Part shown: positions 19,789 to 29,395 of the stretch, piece after piece
Position numbering within the stretch: the first letter of the stretch is position 1
How the letters are laid out: every line of letters begins with the position of its first letter
The notes under the pieces: generated by a model
What the model was told of the DNA's origin: nothing
Database searches by the model: none
What the model saw: only the letters and a program-made list of their open reading frames with translations
Translations under genes and position numbers: made by a program
Source of the DNA: Bradyrhizobiaceae bacterium
Lineage (GTDB): Bacteria > Pseudomonadota > Alphaproteobacteria > Rhizobiales > Aestuariivirgaceae
Length of the DNA stretch: 64,000 nucleotides
Assembly (NCBI GenBank): GCA_947475225.1
Contig: CANJMQ010000004.1
Span: forward strand, 8,410-72,409
Direction: 5' to 3'

Positions 19789-19832
19789 TGTATCTGTCTC
19801 TTGACACACTTCAGTGTAAGAGTAAGCTGACA
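19789..19832. promoter_or_regulatory. Tandem PpsR boxes over the bchC promoter
   Basis: Two perfect TGT-N12-ACA (19789-19806, 19815-19832) 8 bp apart; TTGACA at 19801. Confidence 0.92.
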
Positions 19833-19890
19833 GTTATGGAGTCTATGTGCCGGGCCTGCGGGTCTGGACGGGCTCCCGGGGAGGCCGAAG

Positions 19891-20826
19891 ATGGAAACGG
19901 TCGCTGTCGTTCTCGAAAAGCCAGGCCAACTGGCGCTCAGGACGGTGACATTGCAGGAGCCAGGCGCGGACGACATCGTCGTTGACGCCGTATGGAGCGG
20001 GATTTCGTCCGGCACCGAGCGCCTGCTCTGGGCGGGCCGCATGCCGAATTTTCCCGGAATGGGCTATCCCCTCGTGCCCGGCTACGAGACCGTGGCGCGG
20101 GTGCGCCAGGGCGCACATGATTTTGCCGAGGGCGACCTCGTCTTCGTGCCCGGCGCCAATTGCTACAAGGACGTGAAAGGCCTGTTCGGCGGCGCTGCGA
20201 AGCGCATCGTGCTGCCGGCCGCGCGCGCCGTGAAGCTCGACGGCATCGCCGACGCGGAAGGCATTCTCATGGCGCTGGCCGCAACCGCGCACCATGCCGT
20301 GGCGGGCCATGGCGCATCCCTGCCGCAGTTGATCGTCGGCCATGGATTGCTCGGCCGGCTCATCGCGCGCATCACGCTGGCACTTGGCGGTGAAGCACCA
20401 ACCGTCATCGAGACCCAGGCCACGCGCCACGATGGTGCTGCAGGTTATGCAGTCGTTAGCCCGGAGCAGGACACGCGCCGCGACTATGCGACGATCTGCG
20501 ATGCCAGCGGTGCCGCAGGCCTGCTCGACACGCTGATCCCAAAGCTCGCCAAGCGCGGCGAGATCACGCTGGCGGGCTTCTACGAGGACGCCCTGTCCTT
20601 CACCTTCCCGCCTGCCTTCATGCGCGAGGCGCGCATCCGCATCGCGGCGGAATTCAACAGGCAGGACATGGAAGCCGTCAAGTCGCTGGTGGCGAACGGC
20701 ACCTTGAGTCTTTCCGGCCTCATCAGCCACCACGCGTCGGCATCGACAGCGGCGCAAGCCTACGAACAAGCATTCACCGACCCCAACTGCATCAAGATGG
20801 CCCTCGATTGGAGCGCATTCGCATGA
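19891..20826 (+). CDS. bchC: 3-hydroxyethyl bacteriochlorophyllide a dehydrogenase
   Basis: SGISSGTERL, GMGYPLVPGYE, FPPAFMREA. Confidence 0.95.
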   Translation: METVAVVLEKPGQLALRTVTLQEPGADDIVVDAVWSGISSGTERLLWAGRMPNFPGMGYPLVPGYETVARVRQGAHDFAEGDLVFVPGANCYKDVKGLFGGAAKRIVLPAARAVKLDGIADAEGILMALAATAHHAVAGHGASLPQLIVGHGLLGRLIARITLALGGEAPTVIETQATRHDGAAGYAVVSPEQDTRRDYATICDASGAAGLLDTLIPKLAKRGEITLAGFYEDALSFTFPPAFMREARIRIAAEFNRQDMEAVKSLVANGTLSLSGLISHHASASTAAQAYEQAFTDPNCIKMALDWSAFA

Positions 20827-21773
20827 ACAGCATCGACCTCAACATGGAAGTAGACGCTACTCCCAAGAAGGAGACGCAGATCATCGCCATCTACGGCAAG
20901 GGCGGCATCGGCAAGAGCTTCACGCTCGCCAACCTGTCCTACATGATGGCCCAGCAGGGGAAGCGCGTGCTGCTGATCGGCTGCGACCCGAAGAGCGACA
21001 CCACCTCGCTGCTGTTTGGCGGCAAGGCCTGCCCCACCATCATTGAAACCTCCGCCAAGAAGAAGCTGGCCGGTGAAGAAGTGAAGATCGGCGACGTGTG
21101 CTTCAAGCGCGACGGCGTCTTCGCCATGGAACTGGGCGGCCCGGAAGTGGGTCGCGGCTGCGGCGGGCGTGGCATCATCCACGGCTTCGAGCTTCTGGAA
21201 AAGCTGGGCTTCCACGAATGGGGCTTCGACTACGTGCTGCTCGACTTCCTGGGCGACGTGGTGTGCGGTGGTTTCGGCCTGCCGATCGCGCGTGACATGT
21301 GCCAGAAGGTGATCATCGTCGGCTCGAACGATCTGCAGTCGCTCTATGTGGCGAACAACGTGTGCTCGGCGGTCGAGTATTTCCGCAAGCTGGGCGGCAA
21401 CGTCGGTGTCGCCGGCATCGTCATCAACAAGGATGACGGCACGGGCGAGGCCGCGGCCTTTGCCGAAAAGGTGGGCATCCCCGTGCTCTCCGCCATTCCG
21501 GCCAACGAGGACATCCGGCGCAAGAGCGCCAATTATGAAATCATCGGCCGTCCGGGCGGCGAATGGGGTGCCATGTTCGCGGAACTCGCCGAGAACGTGG
21601 CCACCGCCCCGCCCATGCGCCCTACGCCGCTCGACCAGGACGGCCTGCTCGGCCTGTTCTCGGGCGACACGGTGGGCCGCAACGTGGTGCTGGAACCAGC
21701 CTCCCTTGAAGACATGTGCGGCGGCACGCTGATCGTGAAGCCGTCCCTCGAAGTCATCTACGACGCGGTGTAA
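20823..21773 (+). CDS. bchX: Chlorophyllide a reductase Fe protein
   Basis: [30 protein letters not shown]. Confidence 0.97.
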   Translation: MNSIDLNMEVDATPKKETQIIAIYGKGGIGKSFTLANLSYMMAQQGKRVLLIGCDPKSDTTSLLFGGKACPTIIETSAKKKLAGEEVKIGDVCFKRDGVFAMELGGPEVGRGCGGRGIIHGFELLEKLGFHEWGFDYVLLDFLGDVVCGGFGLPIARDMCQKVIIVGSNDLQSLYVANNVCSAVEYFRKLGGNVGVAGIVINKDDGTGEAAAFAEKVGIPVLSAIPANEDIRRKSANYEIIGRPGGEWGAMFAELAENVATAPPMRPTPLDQDGLLGLFSGDTVGRNVVLEPASLEDMCGGTLIVKPSLEVIYDAV

Positions 21774-21778
21774 GGCAC

Positions 21779-23317
21779 ATGGCAACCACCCTCATCGACA
21801 GGACGAGACCCGGAACGGAACCAACGCCCAAGGCGGCGGATGCTGCCGGTGTGTCCTGCCATGCAGGCAAGGAAGAGCTGACCAAGGCCGCAGCCACCGC
21901 GGGGAAAAGCGAAATCCTCGAGCAATATGCGCGCGATTATGCGCTCGGCCCCCATGACCAGCCGCAGAGCATGTGCCCCGCCTTCGGCTCGCTTCGGGTG
22001 GGCCTGCGCATGCGCCGCACCGCAACAATCCTTTCGGGCTCGGCCTGCTGCGTCTATGGCCTCACCTTCACCTCGCACTTCTATGGCGCGCGTCGCAGCG
22101 TGGGCTATGTGCCCTTCAACTCCGAAACGCTGGTGACCGGCAAGCTGTTCGAGGACATCCGCGAGGCGGTGTTCAACCTGGCGAAGCCCGAGGACTACGA
22201 CACCATCGTCATCACCAATCTCTGCGTTCCCACTGCCTCCGGCGTACCGCTGCAATTGCTGCCGAAGGAGATCAACGGGGTGCGCATCATCGGCATCGAC
22301 GTGCCGGGCTTCGGTGTTCCAACCCACGCTGAAGCCAAGGACGTTCTCTCCGGCGCCATGCTGCGCTATGCCGCCGAGGAAATCCGCCAGGGCCCGGTTG
22401 CGGCACCGCGCACGGCGCGTGGCGCCCTGCCGACGGTGACGCTCCTGGGAGAGATGTTCCCGGTCGATCCCATCAGCATCGGACGCATGCTGGAGCCGAT
22501 GGGGCTTGCGGCCGGTCCGGTGGTTCCGGTGCGCGAGTGGCGCGAGTTGTTCTCGGCCTTCGACTGCGCCGCCGTTGCGGCCATCCACCCCTTCTACACG
22601 GCGTCGATCCGCGAATTCGAATCGGCGGGCCGCTCGGTCGTCGGCTCCGCGCCGGTGGGCCATGACGGAACGGCGGCATGGCTCGCCGCCATCGGCGATG
22701 TCTGCAATGTGCCGCCCGCCAAGGTGGCAGCTGCACAGAACGCCATTCTCCCCGCCATCAAGGGTGCCCTTTCGGCCAAGCCCATCAAGGGGCGCATCAC
22801 CGTGTCAGGCTATGAAGGCTCCGAGCTTCTGGTGGCCCGCCTGCTGATCGAGAGCGGCGCGGAGGTGCCTTACGTCGGCACCGCCTGCCCGAAGACGCGG
22901 TGGTCGGACGCTGACCGCGAATGGCTGGAAGCGCGCGGCGTGACGATCCAGTTCCGTGCCTCGCTGGAGCAGGACATCGCGGCAATGAAGGACGCCAAGC
23001 CCGACCTCGCCATCGGCACGACACCGGTGGTGCAGAAGGCCAAGTCCATGTCGATCCCGGCGCTCTACTTCACCAACCTGATCTCGGCCCGCCCCCTGAT
23101 GGGGCCTGCCGGCGCCGGCTCGCTGGCCCAGGTGATCAACGCGGCCATGGCCAACAAGACCCGCTTCGACACCATGAAGGACTTCTTCGAGGGTGTGGGC
23201 GAAGGCCACGCCGCGGGCGTATGGGAAGACCTCCCCGTCGACCGCCCGGAGTTCCGCAAGAAATATGCCGGCATGCTGGCGGCCAAGGCCAAGGCCGAAG
23301 AGGCGGTGGGCACATGA
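21779..23317 (+). CDS. bchY: Chlorophyllide a reductase subunit Y
   Basis: PHDQPQSMCPAFGSLRV, SACCVYG, YFTNLISARPL. Confidence 0.96.
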   Translation: MATTLIDRTRPGTEPTPKAADAAGVSCHAGKEELTKAAATAGKSEILEQYARDYALGPHDQPQSMCPAFGSLRVGLRMRRTATILSGSACCVYGLTFTSHFYGARRSVGYVPFNSETLVTGKLFEDIREAVFNLAKPEDYDTIVITNLCVPTASGVPLQLLPKEINGVRIIGIDVPGFGVPTHAEAKDVLSGAMLRYAAEEIRQGPVAAPRTARGALPTVTLLGEMFPVDPISIGRMLEPMGLAAGPVVPVREWRELFSAFDCAAVAAIHPFYTASIREFESAGRSVVGSAPVGHDGTAAWLAAIGDVCNVPPAKVAAAQNAILPAIKGALSAKPIKGRITVSGYEGSELLVARLLIESGAEVPYVGTACPKTRWSDADREWLEARGVTIQFRASLEQDIAAMKDAKPDLAIGTTPVVQKAKSMSIPALYFTNLISARPLMGPAGAGSLAQVINAAMANKTRFDTMKDFFEGVGEGHAAGVWEDLPVDRPEFRKKYAGMLAAKAKAEEAVGT

Positions 23318-23339
23318 ACCAAGTTTCTCCCCTTAAAGT

Positions 23340-23369
23340 CCGTCATCCCGGCCTTCGCCGGGATGACGG
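23340..23369. repeat. Perfect 13-bp REP-type hairpin between bchY and bchZ
   Basis: CCGTCATCCCGGC-CTTC-GCCGGGATGACGG. Confidence 0.8.
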
Positions 23370-23408
23370 CAAATTTGGTGGATGCGGAAAACTGACGGAG
23401 GCGCCCTC

Positions 23409-24851
23409 ATGTTCGTGATCGATCATGACCGCGCAGGCGGATACTGGGGTTCGGTCTATGTGTTCACCGCGATCAAGGGATTGCAGGTGATCATCGACGG
23501 GCCGGTGGGTTGCGAGAACCTGCCTGTCACCTCCGTTCTGCATTACACCGACGCGCTGCCGCCGCATGAATTGCCGATCGTCGTCACGGGCCTGTCCGAA
23601 GAAGAACTCGGCCAGCATGGCACCGAAGGCGCGATGCGCCGCGCCCACAAGACGCTCGACCCGACCATGCCGAGCGTGGTCGTCACCGGCTCAATCGCCG
23701 AGATGATCGGCGGCGGCGTCACGCCCCAGGGCACCGGCATCCAGCGTTTCCTGCCGCGCACCATTGACGAGGACCAGTGGCAGTCCGCCGACCGCGCGCT
23801 GAACTGGCTGTGGACGGAATTCGGCATCAAGAAGAAGCAGGTTCCCTCCGCCAAGCCGCGCAAGGAAGGGGAAAAACCCCGCGTCAACATCATCGGCACC
23901 ATCTACGGCACCTTCAACAGCCCATCCGACCTCGCCGAGATCCGCCGCCTCGTGGAAGGCATCGGTGCTGAAGTGAACATGTGCTTCCCGCTGGGCAGCC
24001 ATCTGGCCGATGTGCCGAAGCTGGCCAATGCCGAGGCCAACATCTGCATGTATCGCGAATTTGGCCGCAAGCTGTGCGAGGCGCTGGACCGCCCCTATCT
24101 GCAGGCGCCGATCGGGCTGCACTCCACCACCAAGTTCCTGCGCAAGCTGGGCGAGATTCTGGGGCTTGACCCCGAGCCCTTCATCGCGCGCGAGAAGCAC
24201 ACCACCATCAAGCCGCTGTGGGACCTGTGGCGCTCCGTGACGCAGGACTTCTTCGGCACGGCGAGCTTCGGCGTCGTCGCCAGCGAGACTTACGCGCGCG
24301 GCCTGGAGAATTTTCTGGGCGAGGAGATGGGGCTTCCCTGCAACTTCGCCGTCTCGCGCAAGGCCGGCGAGAAGACCGACAACGAGACGATCCGCAAGCT
24401 CGTCAAGGAGAACACGCCGCTTATCCTGTTCGGCAGCTACAACGAGCGCATGTACCTCGCCGAGGCCGGCGGCCGCGGCATGTATATTCCCGCCTCCTTC
24501 CCCGGCGCCATCATCCGCCGCCACACCGGCACGCCTTTCATGGGCTATGCCGGCGCCACCTACCTGATCCAGGAAGTCTGCAACGCGCTGTTCGACGCAC
24601 TGTTCAACATCCTGCCGCTCGGGCCCGACATGGACAAGGTGGAGGCCACCCCTGCCCGGCGCGAGCAGGAGATTGCCTGGGACACCGAGGCCAAGACGTT
24701 CCTCGACGAATGGCTGGAGCGCCAGCCGGTTCTTGTCAGGATCTCAGCGGCCAAGCGCCTGCGTGACGGGGCCGAGGCCCATGCACGCAAGCAAGGTTCA
24801 GCCACCGTCGCGGAAGCCGACGTGCGCAACGCAACACGGGAGCTCGCATGA
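23409..24851 (+). CDS. bchZ: Chlorophyllide a reductase subunit Z
   Basis: [21 protein letters not shown]-terminal [10 protein letters not shown]. Confidence 0.96.
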   Translation: MFVIDHDRAGGYWGSVYVFTAIKGLQVIIDGPVGCENLPVTSVLHYTDALPPHELPIVVTGLSEEELGQHGTEGAMRRAHKTLDPTMPSVVVTGSIAEMIGGGVTPQGTGIQRFLPRTIDEDQWQSADRALNWLWTEFGIKKKQVPSAKPRKEGEKPRVNIIGTIYGTFNSPSDLAEIRRLVEGIGAEVNMCFPLGSHLADVPKLANAEANICMYREFGRKLCEALDRPYLQAPIGLHSTTKFLRKLGEILGLDPEPFIAREKHTTIKPLWDLWRSVTQDFFGTASFGVVASETYARGLENFLGEEMGLPCNFAVSRKAGEKTDNETIRKLVKENTPLILFGSYNERMYLAEAGGRGMYIPASFPGAIIRRHTGTPFMGYAGATYLIQEVCNALFDALFNILPLGPDMDKVEATPARREQEIAWDTEAKTFLDEWLERQPVLVRISAAKRLRDGAEAHARKQGSATVAEADVRNATRELA

Positions 24852-24896
24852 TGCCGCGCTCTCACTCATTTCCATCTGACATCGGGAGATAACAGC

Positions 24897-25112
24897 ATGT
24901 CGATGATCAACGCCCACCGCCAGGAAGACTCGAAGCTCGAGTTCAGCCTGCTCATGTGGCTGGCCTTCGGTGTCTTCTTCGTGGCGATCGCCATGACCAG
25001 GCTGATGCCGCGGTCGATGCGCCCGCGCGTCGGCGGCCATGATGACGGAAAGTCGATCTTCGCCGCGGCCAAGGCCGCGACCTACAACTCCATTCCCTTC
25101 GCCTTCATGTGA
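24897..25112 (+). CDS. pufQ: PufQ-like small membrane protein
   Basis: 71 aa, one TM, C-terminal SIF..AKAA...IPFAFM; located between bchZ and pufB; GGGAG SD. Confidence 0.75.
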   Translation: MSMINAHRQEDSKLEFSLLMWLAFGVFFVAIAMTRLMPRSMRPRVGGHDDGKSIFAAAKAATYNSIPFAFM

Positions 25113-25253
25113 GGCAGGGGTTCAGCCATTCGCCCGGCCCCTCGGGGCACGGCGGATATGCCGATGGCTCTCGACAAGCCGAAGGCAACCGGGCCGCGCG
25201 GTCACTCAGCGGTAACGGGCACCTCAAAAGGCCCTCAGACGGAGGTCAGTAAC

Positions 25254-25472
25254 ATGGCCGATAACAAAGGGTCGGGTATTTCCGGCCTGACCGAAGCCGA
25301 AGCAAAGGAATTCCACGCGATCTTCGTATCGAGCTTCATTGCCTTCACCTTGGTGGCGATCGTCGCCCACTTTCTGGCCTGGCAATGGCGCCCGTGGATT
25401 CCTGGACCCAATGGCTATGAAAGCACCGACCTGAGCCCGCTTCTGCACCAGCTCACGTCGATGTTCACGTAA
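25254..25472 (+). CDS. pufB: LH1 beta polypeptide
   Basis: [15 protein letters not shown]...[12 protein letters not shown]; GGAGG SD. Confidence 0.97.
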   Translation: MADNKGSGISGLTEAEAKEFHAIFVSSFIAFTLVAIVAHFLAWQWRPWIPGPNGYESTDLSPLLHQLTSMFT

Positions 25473-25485
25473 AGGAGGATTGGAT

Positions 25486-25668
25486 ATGTGGCGCATCTGG
25501 CTGTTGTTCGATCCCCGCAGGACGCTGGTGGCGATGGCTACCTTCCTGTTCGTTCTCGCTCTCGTCATCCACTTCATCCTGCTGTCCACCGACCGGTTCA
25601 ACTGGCTGGAAGGCGGCGTGAAGAAGGCGGCGAGCCTGGACGTGACGATCAGCGAGATGGTCGGCTGA
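25486..25668 (+). CDS. pufA: LH1 alpha polypeptide
   Basis: [12 protein letters not shown]...[14 protein letters not shown]; AGGAGG SD. Confidence 0.97.
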   Translation: MWRIWLLFDPRRTLVAMATFLFVLALVIHFILLSTDRFNWLEGGVKKAASLDVTISEMVG

Positions 25669-25690
25669 GGCCGTCCATCTTCGCGAACCT

Positions 25691-25730
25691 TGTGGACGGA
25701 ACGGGCCTTCACCGACGCGTTCCGTCCACA
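25691..25730 (+). promoter_or_regulatory. pufA-pufL intercistronic stem-loop
   Basis: TGTGGACGGAACG / CGTTCCGTCCACA 13-bp stem, at the position of the known puf mRNA-stabilising hairpin. Confidence 0.7.
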
Positions 25731-25779
25731 CACCACACCGAGACATGAGGGCCGGTAGCGACCGGCAGGAGTGACCACC

Positions 25780-26604
25780 ATGGCCATGCTGAGCTTCGAA
25801 AGAAAATACCGCGTCCGCGGCGGAACGCTGATCGGCGGCGACCTGTTCGACTTCTGGGTCGGCCCCTTCTACGTGGGCTTCTTCGGCGTGCTCACGGCCT
25901 TCTTCGCCTCGATCGGCACCGCGCTCATCGTCTATGGCGCGGCGATCGGCAAGACCTGGAATTTATGGCAGATCAACATCGCGCCGCCGGACCTCAGCTA
26001 TGGGCTGGCACTGGCGCCGCTGAAGCAGGGCGGGCTGTGGCAGATCATCACCATCTGCGCCGTCGGATCCTTTGTCTCCTGGGCGCTGCGCGAGGTGGAG
26101 ATCTGCAGGAAGCTCGGCATCGGCCTGCATGTGCCTGTCGCCTTCTCCTTCGCCATTTTCGCCTATGTGACCCTTGAAGTGATCCGCCCCTTCCTGCTGG
26201 GCGCCTGGGGCCACGGCTTCCCCTATGGCATCATCAGCCACTTGGACTGGGTGTCGAACGTCGGCTACCAGTATCTCCACTTCCACTACAATCCCGCGCA
26301 TATGATCGCCATCACGCTGTTCTTCACGACGGTGCTGGCGCTGGCGATGCACGGCGGCCTCGTGCTGTCGGCCACCAACCCGCCCAAGGGCGAAGCGGTG
26401 AAGACCGCCGAACACGAGAACAGCTTCTTCCGCGACCATATCGGCTACTCGATCGGCACGCTGGGCATCCACCGGCTGGGGCTCTTCCTGGCACTGGGTG
26501 CGGTGTTCTTCAGCGCCGTCTGCATCGTGATCTCGGGGCCCTTCTGGACGCGCGGCTGGCCGGAATGGTGGAACTGGTGGCTCGACCTGCCGATCTGGTC
26601 GTGA
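25780..26604 (+). CDS. pufL: Reaction centre L subunit
   Basis: [33 protein letters not shown]. Confidence 0.99.
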   Translation: MAMLSFERKYRVRGGTLIGGDLFDFWVGPFYVGFFGVLTAFFASIGTALIVYGAAIGKTWNLWQINIAPPDLSYGLALAPLKQGGLWQIITICAVGSFVSWALREVEICRKLGIGLHVPVAFSFAIFAYVTLEVIRPFLLGAWGHGFPYGIISHLDWVSNVGYQYLHFHYNPAHMIAITLFFTTVLALAMHGGLVLSATNPPKGEAVKTAEHENSFFRDHIGYSIGTLGIHRLGLFLALGAVFFSAVCIVISGPFWTRGWPEWWNWWLDLPIWS

Positions 26605-26622
26605 CGCGGAGGACATGAAATC

Positions 26623-27594
26623 ATGATGATCGAATACCAGAACCTCTTCACCCGCGTTCAGGTCCACGGACCCAACGACCTCGGCGTGCCCATGAAGCCC
26701 GGCAACTGGCCGCGCGAAAAGGGCATCACCACCAACTGGCTGATGGGCACCATCGGCGATGCGCAGCTGGGCCCCATCTATCTCGGCGCCATCGGCATCA
26801 TGTCGCTGCTCTGCGGCTTCATCGCCATCGAGATCATCGGGCTCAACATGTTCGCCTCGGTCAACTGGAACCCGATCCAGTTCGTGCGCCAGTTCTTCTG
26901 GCTCGGCCTCGAGCCGCCGCCGGCCAAGTATGGGCTCAGCCTCGCGCCGCTGCGCGAGGGTGGCTGGTGGCAGATAGCGGGCTTCTTCCTCACCGCATCG
27001 ATCCTGCTGTGGTGGGTGCGCACCTACCGCCGCGCCCGCGCGCTGGGTATGGGCACGCACATCGCCTGGGCCTTCGCCGCGGCGATCTGGCTCTACCTGG
27101 TGCTGGGCTTCATCCGCCCGCTGATCATGGGCAACTTCTCGGAAGCCGTGCCCTTCGGCATCTTCCCGCACCTCGACTGGACCGCGGCCTTCTCGATCCG
27201 CTACGGCAATCTCTTCTACAATCCCTTCCACATGCTCTCGATCGTCTTCCTCTATGGCTCGGCGCTGCTCTTCGCAATGCATGGCGCCACCATCCTCTCC
27301 GTCTCGCGGCTGGGCGGCGAGCGCGAGATCGAGCAGATCATCGACCGCGGCACGGCATCCGAGCGCGCCGCCCTGTTCTGGCGCTGGACCATGGGCTTCA
27401 ACGCAACGATGGAGTCGATCCATCGCTGGGCGTGGTGGATGGCGGTTCTCTGCCCCCTCGTCGGCGGCATCGGCATCCTGCTCACCGGCACGGTGGTCGA
27501 CAACTGGTACCTGTGGTCGGTGAAACATGGCGTGGCGCCCATGTACCCCTTCGACCTGACGGCCCCCATCGTCGACCCCGCGACGGCGCAATAG
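26623..27594 (+). CDS. pufM: Reaction centre M subunit
   Basis: [37 protein letters not shown]. Confidence 0.99.
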   Translation: MMIEYQNLFTRVQVHGPNDLGVPMKPGNWPREKGITTNWLMGTIGDAQLGPIYLGAIGIMSLLCGFIAIEIIGLNMFASVNWNPIQFVRQFFWLGLEPPPAKYGLSLAPLREGGWWQIAGFFLTASILLWWVRTYRRARALGMGTHIAWAFAAAIWLYLVLGFIRPLIMGNFSEAVPFGIFPHLDWTAAFSIRYGNLFYNPFHMLSIVFLYGSALLFAMHGATILSVSRLGGEREIEQIIDRGTASERAALFWRWTMGFNATMESIHRWAWWMAVLCPLVGGIGILLTGTVVDNWYLWSVKHGVAPMYPFDLTAPIVDPATAQ

Positions 27595-27607
27595 GAGACG
27601 GCGGATC

Positions 27608-28663
27608 ATGAAACTCTCGGCAACCACCCTCACCGCCTCGCTCCTCGTCAGCGTCATCGCCATCCTGCTGGCAATCCCCATGATGCTGCAGTGGGAACGC
27701 CCGCCGATGGACTCCACCCAGCTCGGTTTCCGGGGCCTGGGCATGGAGCAGATCACCAATCCGCGGCTTGCCGAAAAGCTCAAGGCCGCCAACCCGCTGC
27801 CGACCCCGGACGACCCCGTCCCGGACGACGGCGTGCTGGTGAAGAACGATCACGAGAACTACAAGAACGTGCAGGTGCTGGGTGACCTCGACACCGCGCA
27901 GTTCAACCGCCTGATGGGCGCGATTACGGTGTGGGTGGCCCCGCAGGACGGCGACAACGCCTCCTGCGCCTACTGCCACAACATCGAGAACATGGCCTCG
28001 GACGAGAAATACACCAAGGTCGTGGCGCGGCGCATGCTGCAGATGACCAGGGCCATCAACACCCAGCACAAGAGCCACGTCGCCGAGACGGGCGTCACCT
28101 GCTACACCTGCCACCGCGGCCAGCCGGTGCCGGCCAACGTCTGGAGCACCAACCCGGGCCCGAAGCAGGCGGGCGGCTTTGCGGCCAGCCGCGACGGCCA
28201 GAACGTTGCCGGCCAGTCGGTCCCGGCTTACGCATCGCTGCCCTATGACCCCTTCACGACGCTGCTGAAGCCCGACGCGCGGATCCGCGTGGTCGCCACC
28301 ACGGCGCTGCCGGAGGGTACGGGCGCCGACGTCAAGGCGACGGAGAAGACCTATGCGCTGATGATGCACATGTCATCGGCACTCGGCGTCAACTGCACCT
28401 TCTGCCACAACACCCGCCAGTTCGCGAGCTGGCAGCAGAGCCGGCCGCAGCGCGTCACCGCCTGGCACGGCATCCAGATGGTGCGCGACATCGACACCAA
28501 CTACCTTGGCTCGCTCACCGACGTCTTCCCCGCCAACCGCAAGGGGCCTGAGGGTGATGTCTACAAGGTGAACTGCGCCACCTGCCACCACGGCGTGAAC
28601 AAGCCGCTCTATGGTTTCTCGATGGCCAAGAGCTATCCCGAACTCTCGGTTCCCAATCCATGA
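27608..28663 (+). CDS. pufC: RC-bound tetraheme cytochrome c subunit
   Basis: Four CxxCH motifs (CAYCH, CYTCH, CTFCH, CATCH); ERPP..Q.GFRG.GM. Confidence 0.97.
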   Translation: MKLSATTLTASLLVSVIAILLAIPMMLQWERPPMDSTQLGFRGLGMEQITNPRLAEKLKAANPLPTPDDPVPDDGVLVKNDHENYKNVQVLGDLDTAQFNRLMGAITVWVAPQDGDNASCAYCHNIENMASDEKYTKVVARRMLQMTRAINTQHKSHVAETGVTCYTCHRGQPVPANVWSTNPGPKQAGGFAASRDGQNVAGQSVPAYASLPYDPFTTLLKPDARIRVVATTALPEGTGADVKATEKTYALMMHMSSALGVNCTFCHNTRQFASWQQSRPQRVTAWHGIQMVRDIDTNYLGSLTDVFPANRKGPEGDVYKVNCATCHHGVNKPLYGFSMAKSYPELSVPNP

Positions 28664-28760
28664 GGACCGCGAGCAACCCGAACCTTGTCGTTGATGAAAT
28701 GACGGGAAACCTGCGTGCAGGTACAGCACGAAACCAACCTGAGTCTGGAGGATAAGCAAA

Positions 28761-28916
28761 ATGTCAGACGATCCGAACAGGGTGTGGCCTACCGGCCTCA
28801 CCATCAGGGAATCCGAGGAACTGCACAAGCACGTCATCGACGGCACGCGTGTGTTCTTCGTGATCTCCGTTTTCGCTCACCTGCTGGCGTATATCTATTC
28901 GCCGTGGCTGCACTAG
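28761..28916 (+). CDS. pucB: LH2 beta polypeptide (51 aa, not in ORF track)
   Basis: [51 protein letters not shown]; GGAGG SD. Confidence 0.95.
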   Translation: MSDDPNRVWPTGLTIRESEELHKHVIDGTRVFFVISVFAHLLAYIYSPWLH

Positions 28917-28928
28917 GAGGGACATGAC

Positions 28929-29213
28929 ATGAACCAAGGACGTATCTGGTGCGTCGTGAACCCGTCGGTCGGCCTTCCGCTGTTCATCGGCGGTGTGGCA
29001 GTCACCTCGCTCGTCGTGCATGCGTCAGTCATGATGCACAGCACATGGGTGGGCAATTTCTTCCAAGGCGGCGCTGCGAAGACCGCCTCCGCGGAAACGA
29101 CGATTGTGCCCGTGGCCTCCAACGTCGTCAAGACGAGTGAAGGCTACATCATCACCGTCAACGTGGCCCCCGCCGCGGGGACACTCGACGGCGTGAAGCT
29201 CGCCACCAAGTAG
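28929..29213 (+). CDS. pucA: LH2 alpha polypeptide with C-terminal extension
   Basis: MNQGRIWCVVNPSVGLP...VH(31)...W(40); AGGAGG SD; 94 aa. Confidence 0.93.
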   Translation: MNQGRIWCVVNPSVGLPLFIGGVAVTSLVVHASVMMHSTWVGNFFQGGAAKTASAETTIVPVASNVVKTSEGYIITVNVAPAAGTLDGVKLATK

Positions 29214-29395
29214 ATGGCCAGCCCGATCCTGCGAGGCCCCGGCGCTGCGCAAGCGCGCCGGCCAGCCATGCAAGACGGACGGCAACAGCAGCGCGGGAGG
29301 TGCGCAGGGCTCGCCCCTCCTCTCCTCCCGCACGATCCTCTCTTCTTTCCCCTCGTCCCTGCCCCGGTGGGGCAGAGGAATGGACATGTGAAATC

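Noticed and set aside
20823-24851. Nitrogenase-like genes
   Set aside because: BchXYZ (and BchLNB) are nitrogenase homologs; motifs and context identify them as chlorophyllide reductases
26260-26310. Possible Zn-BChl signature in PufL
   Set aside because: His L168 is intact (FHYNPAH); the Acidiphilium-type Glu substitution is absent
28685-28698. FNR/FixK-like box upstream of pucB (TTGTC-N4-ATGAA)
   Set aside because: Three mismatches to TTGAT-N4-ATCAA; too weak to call
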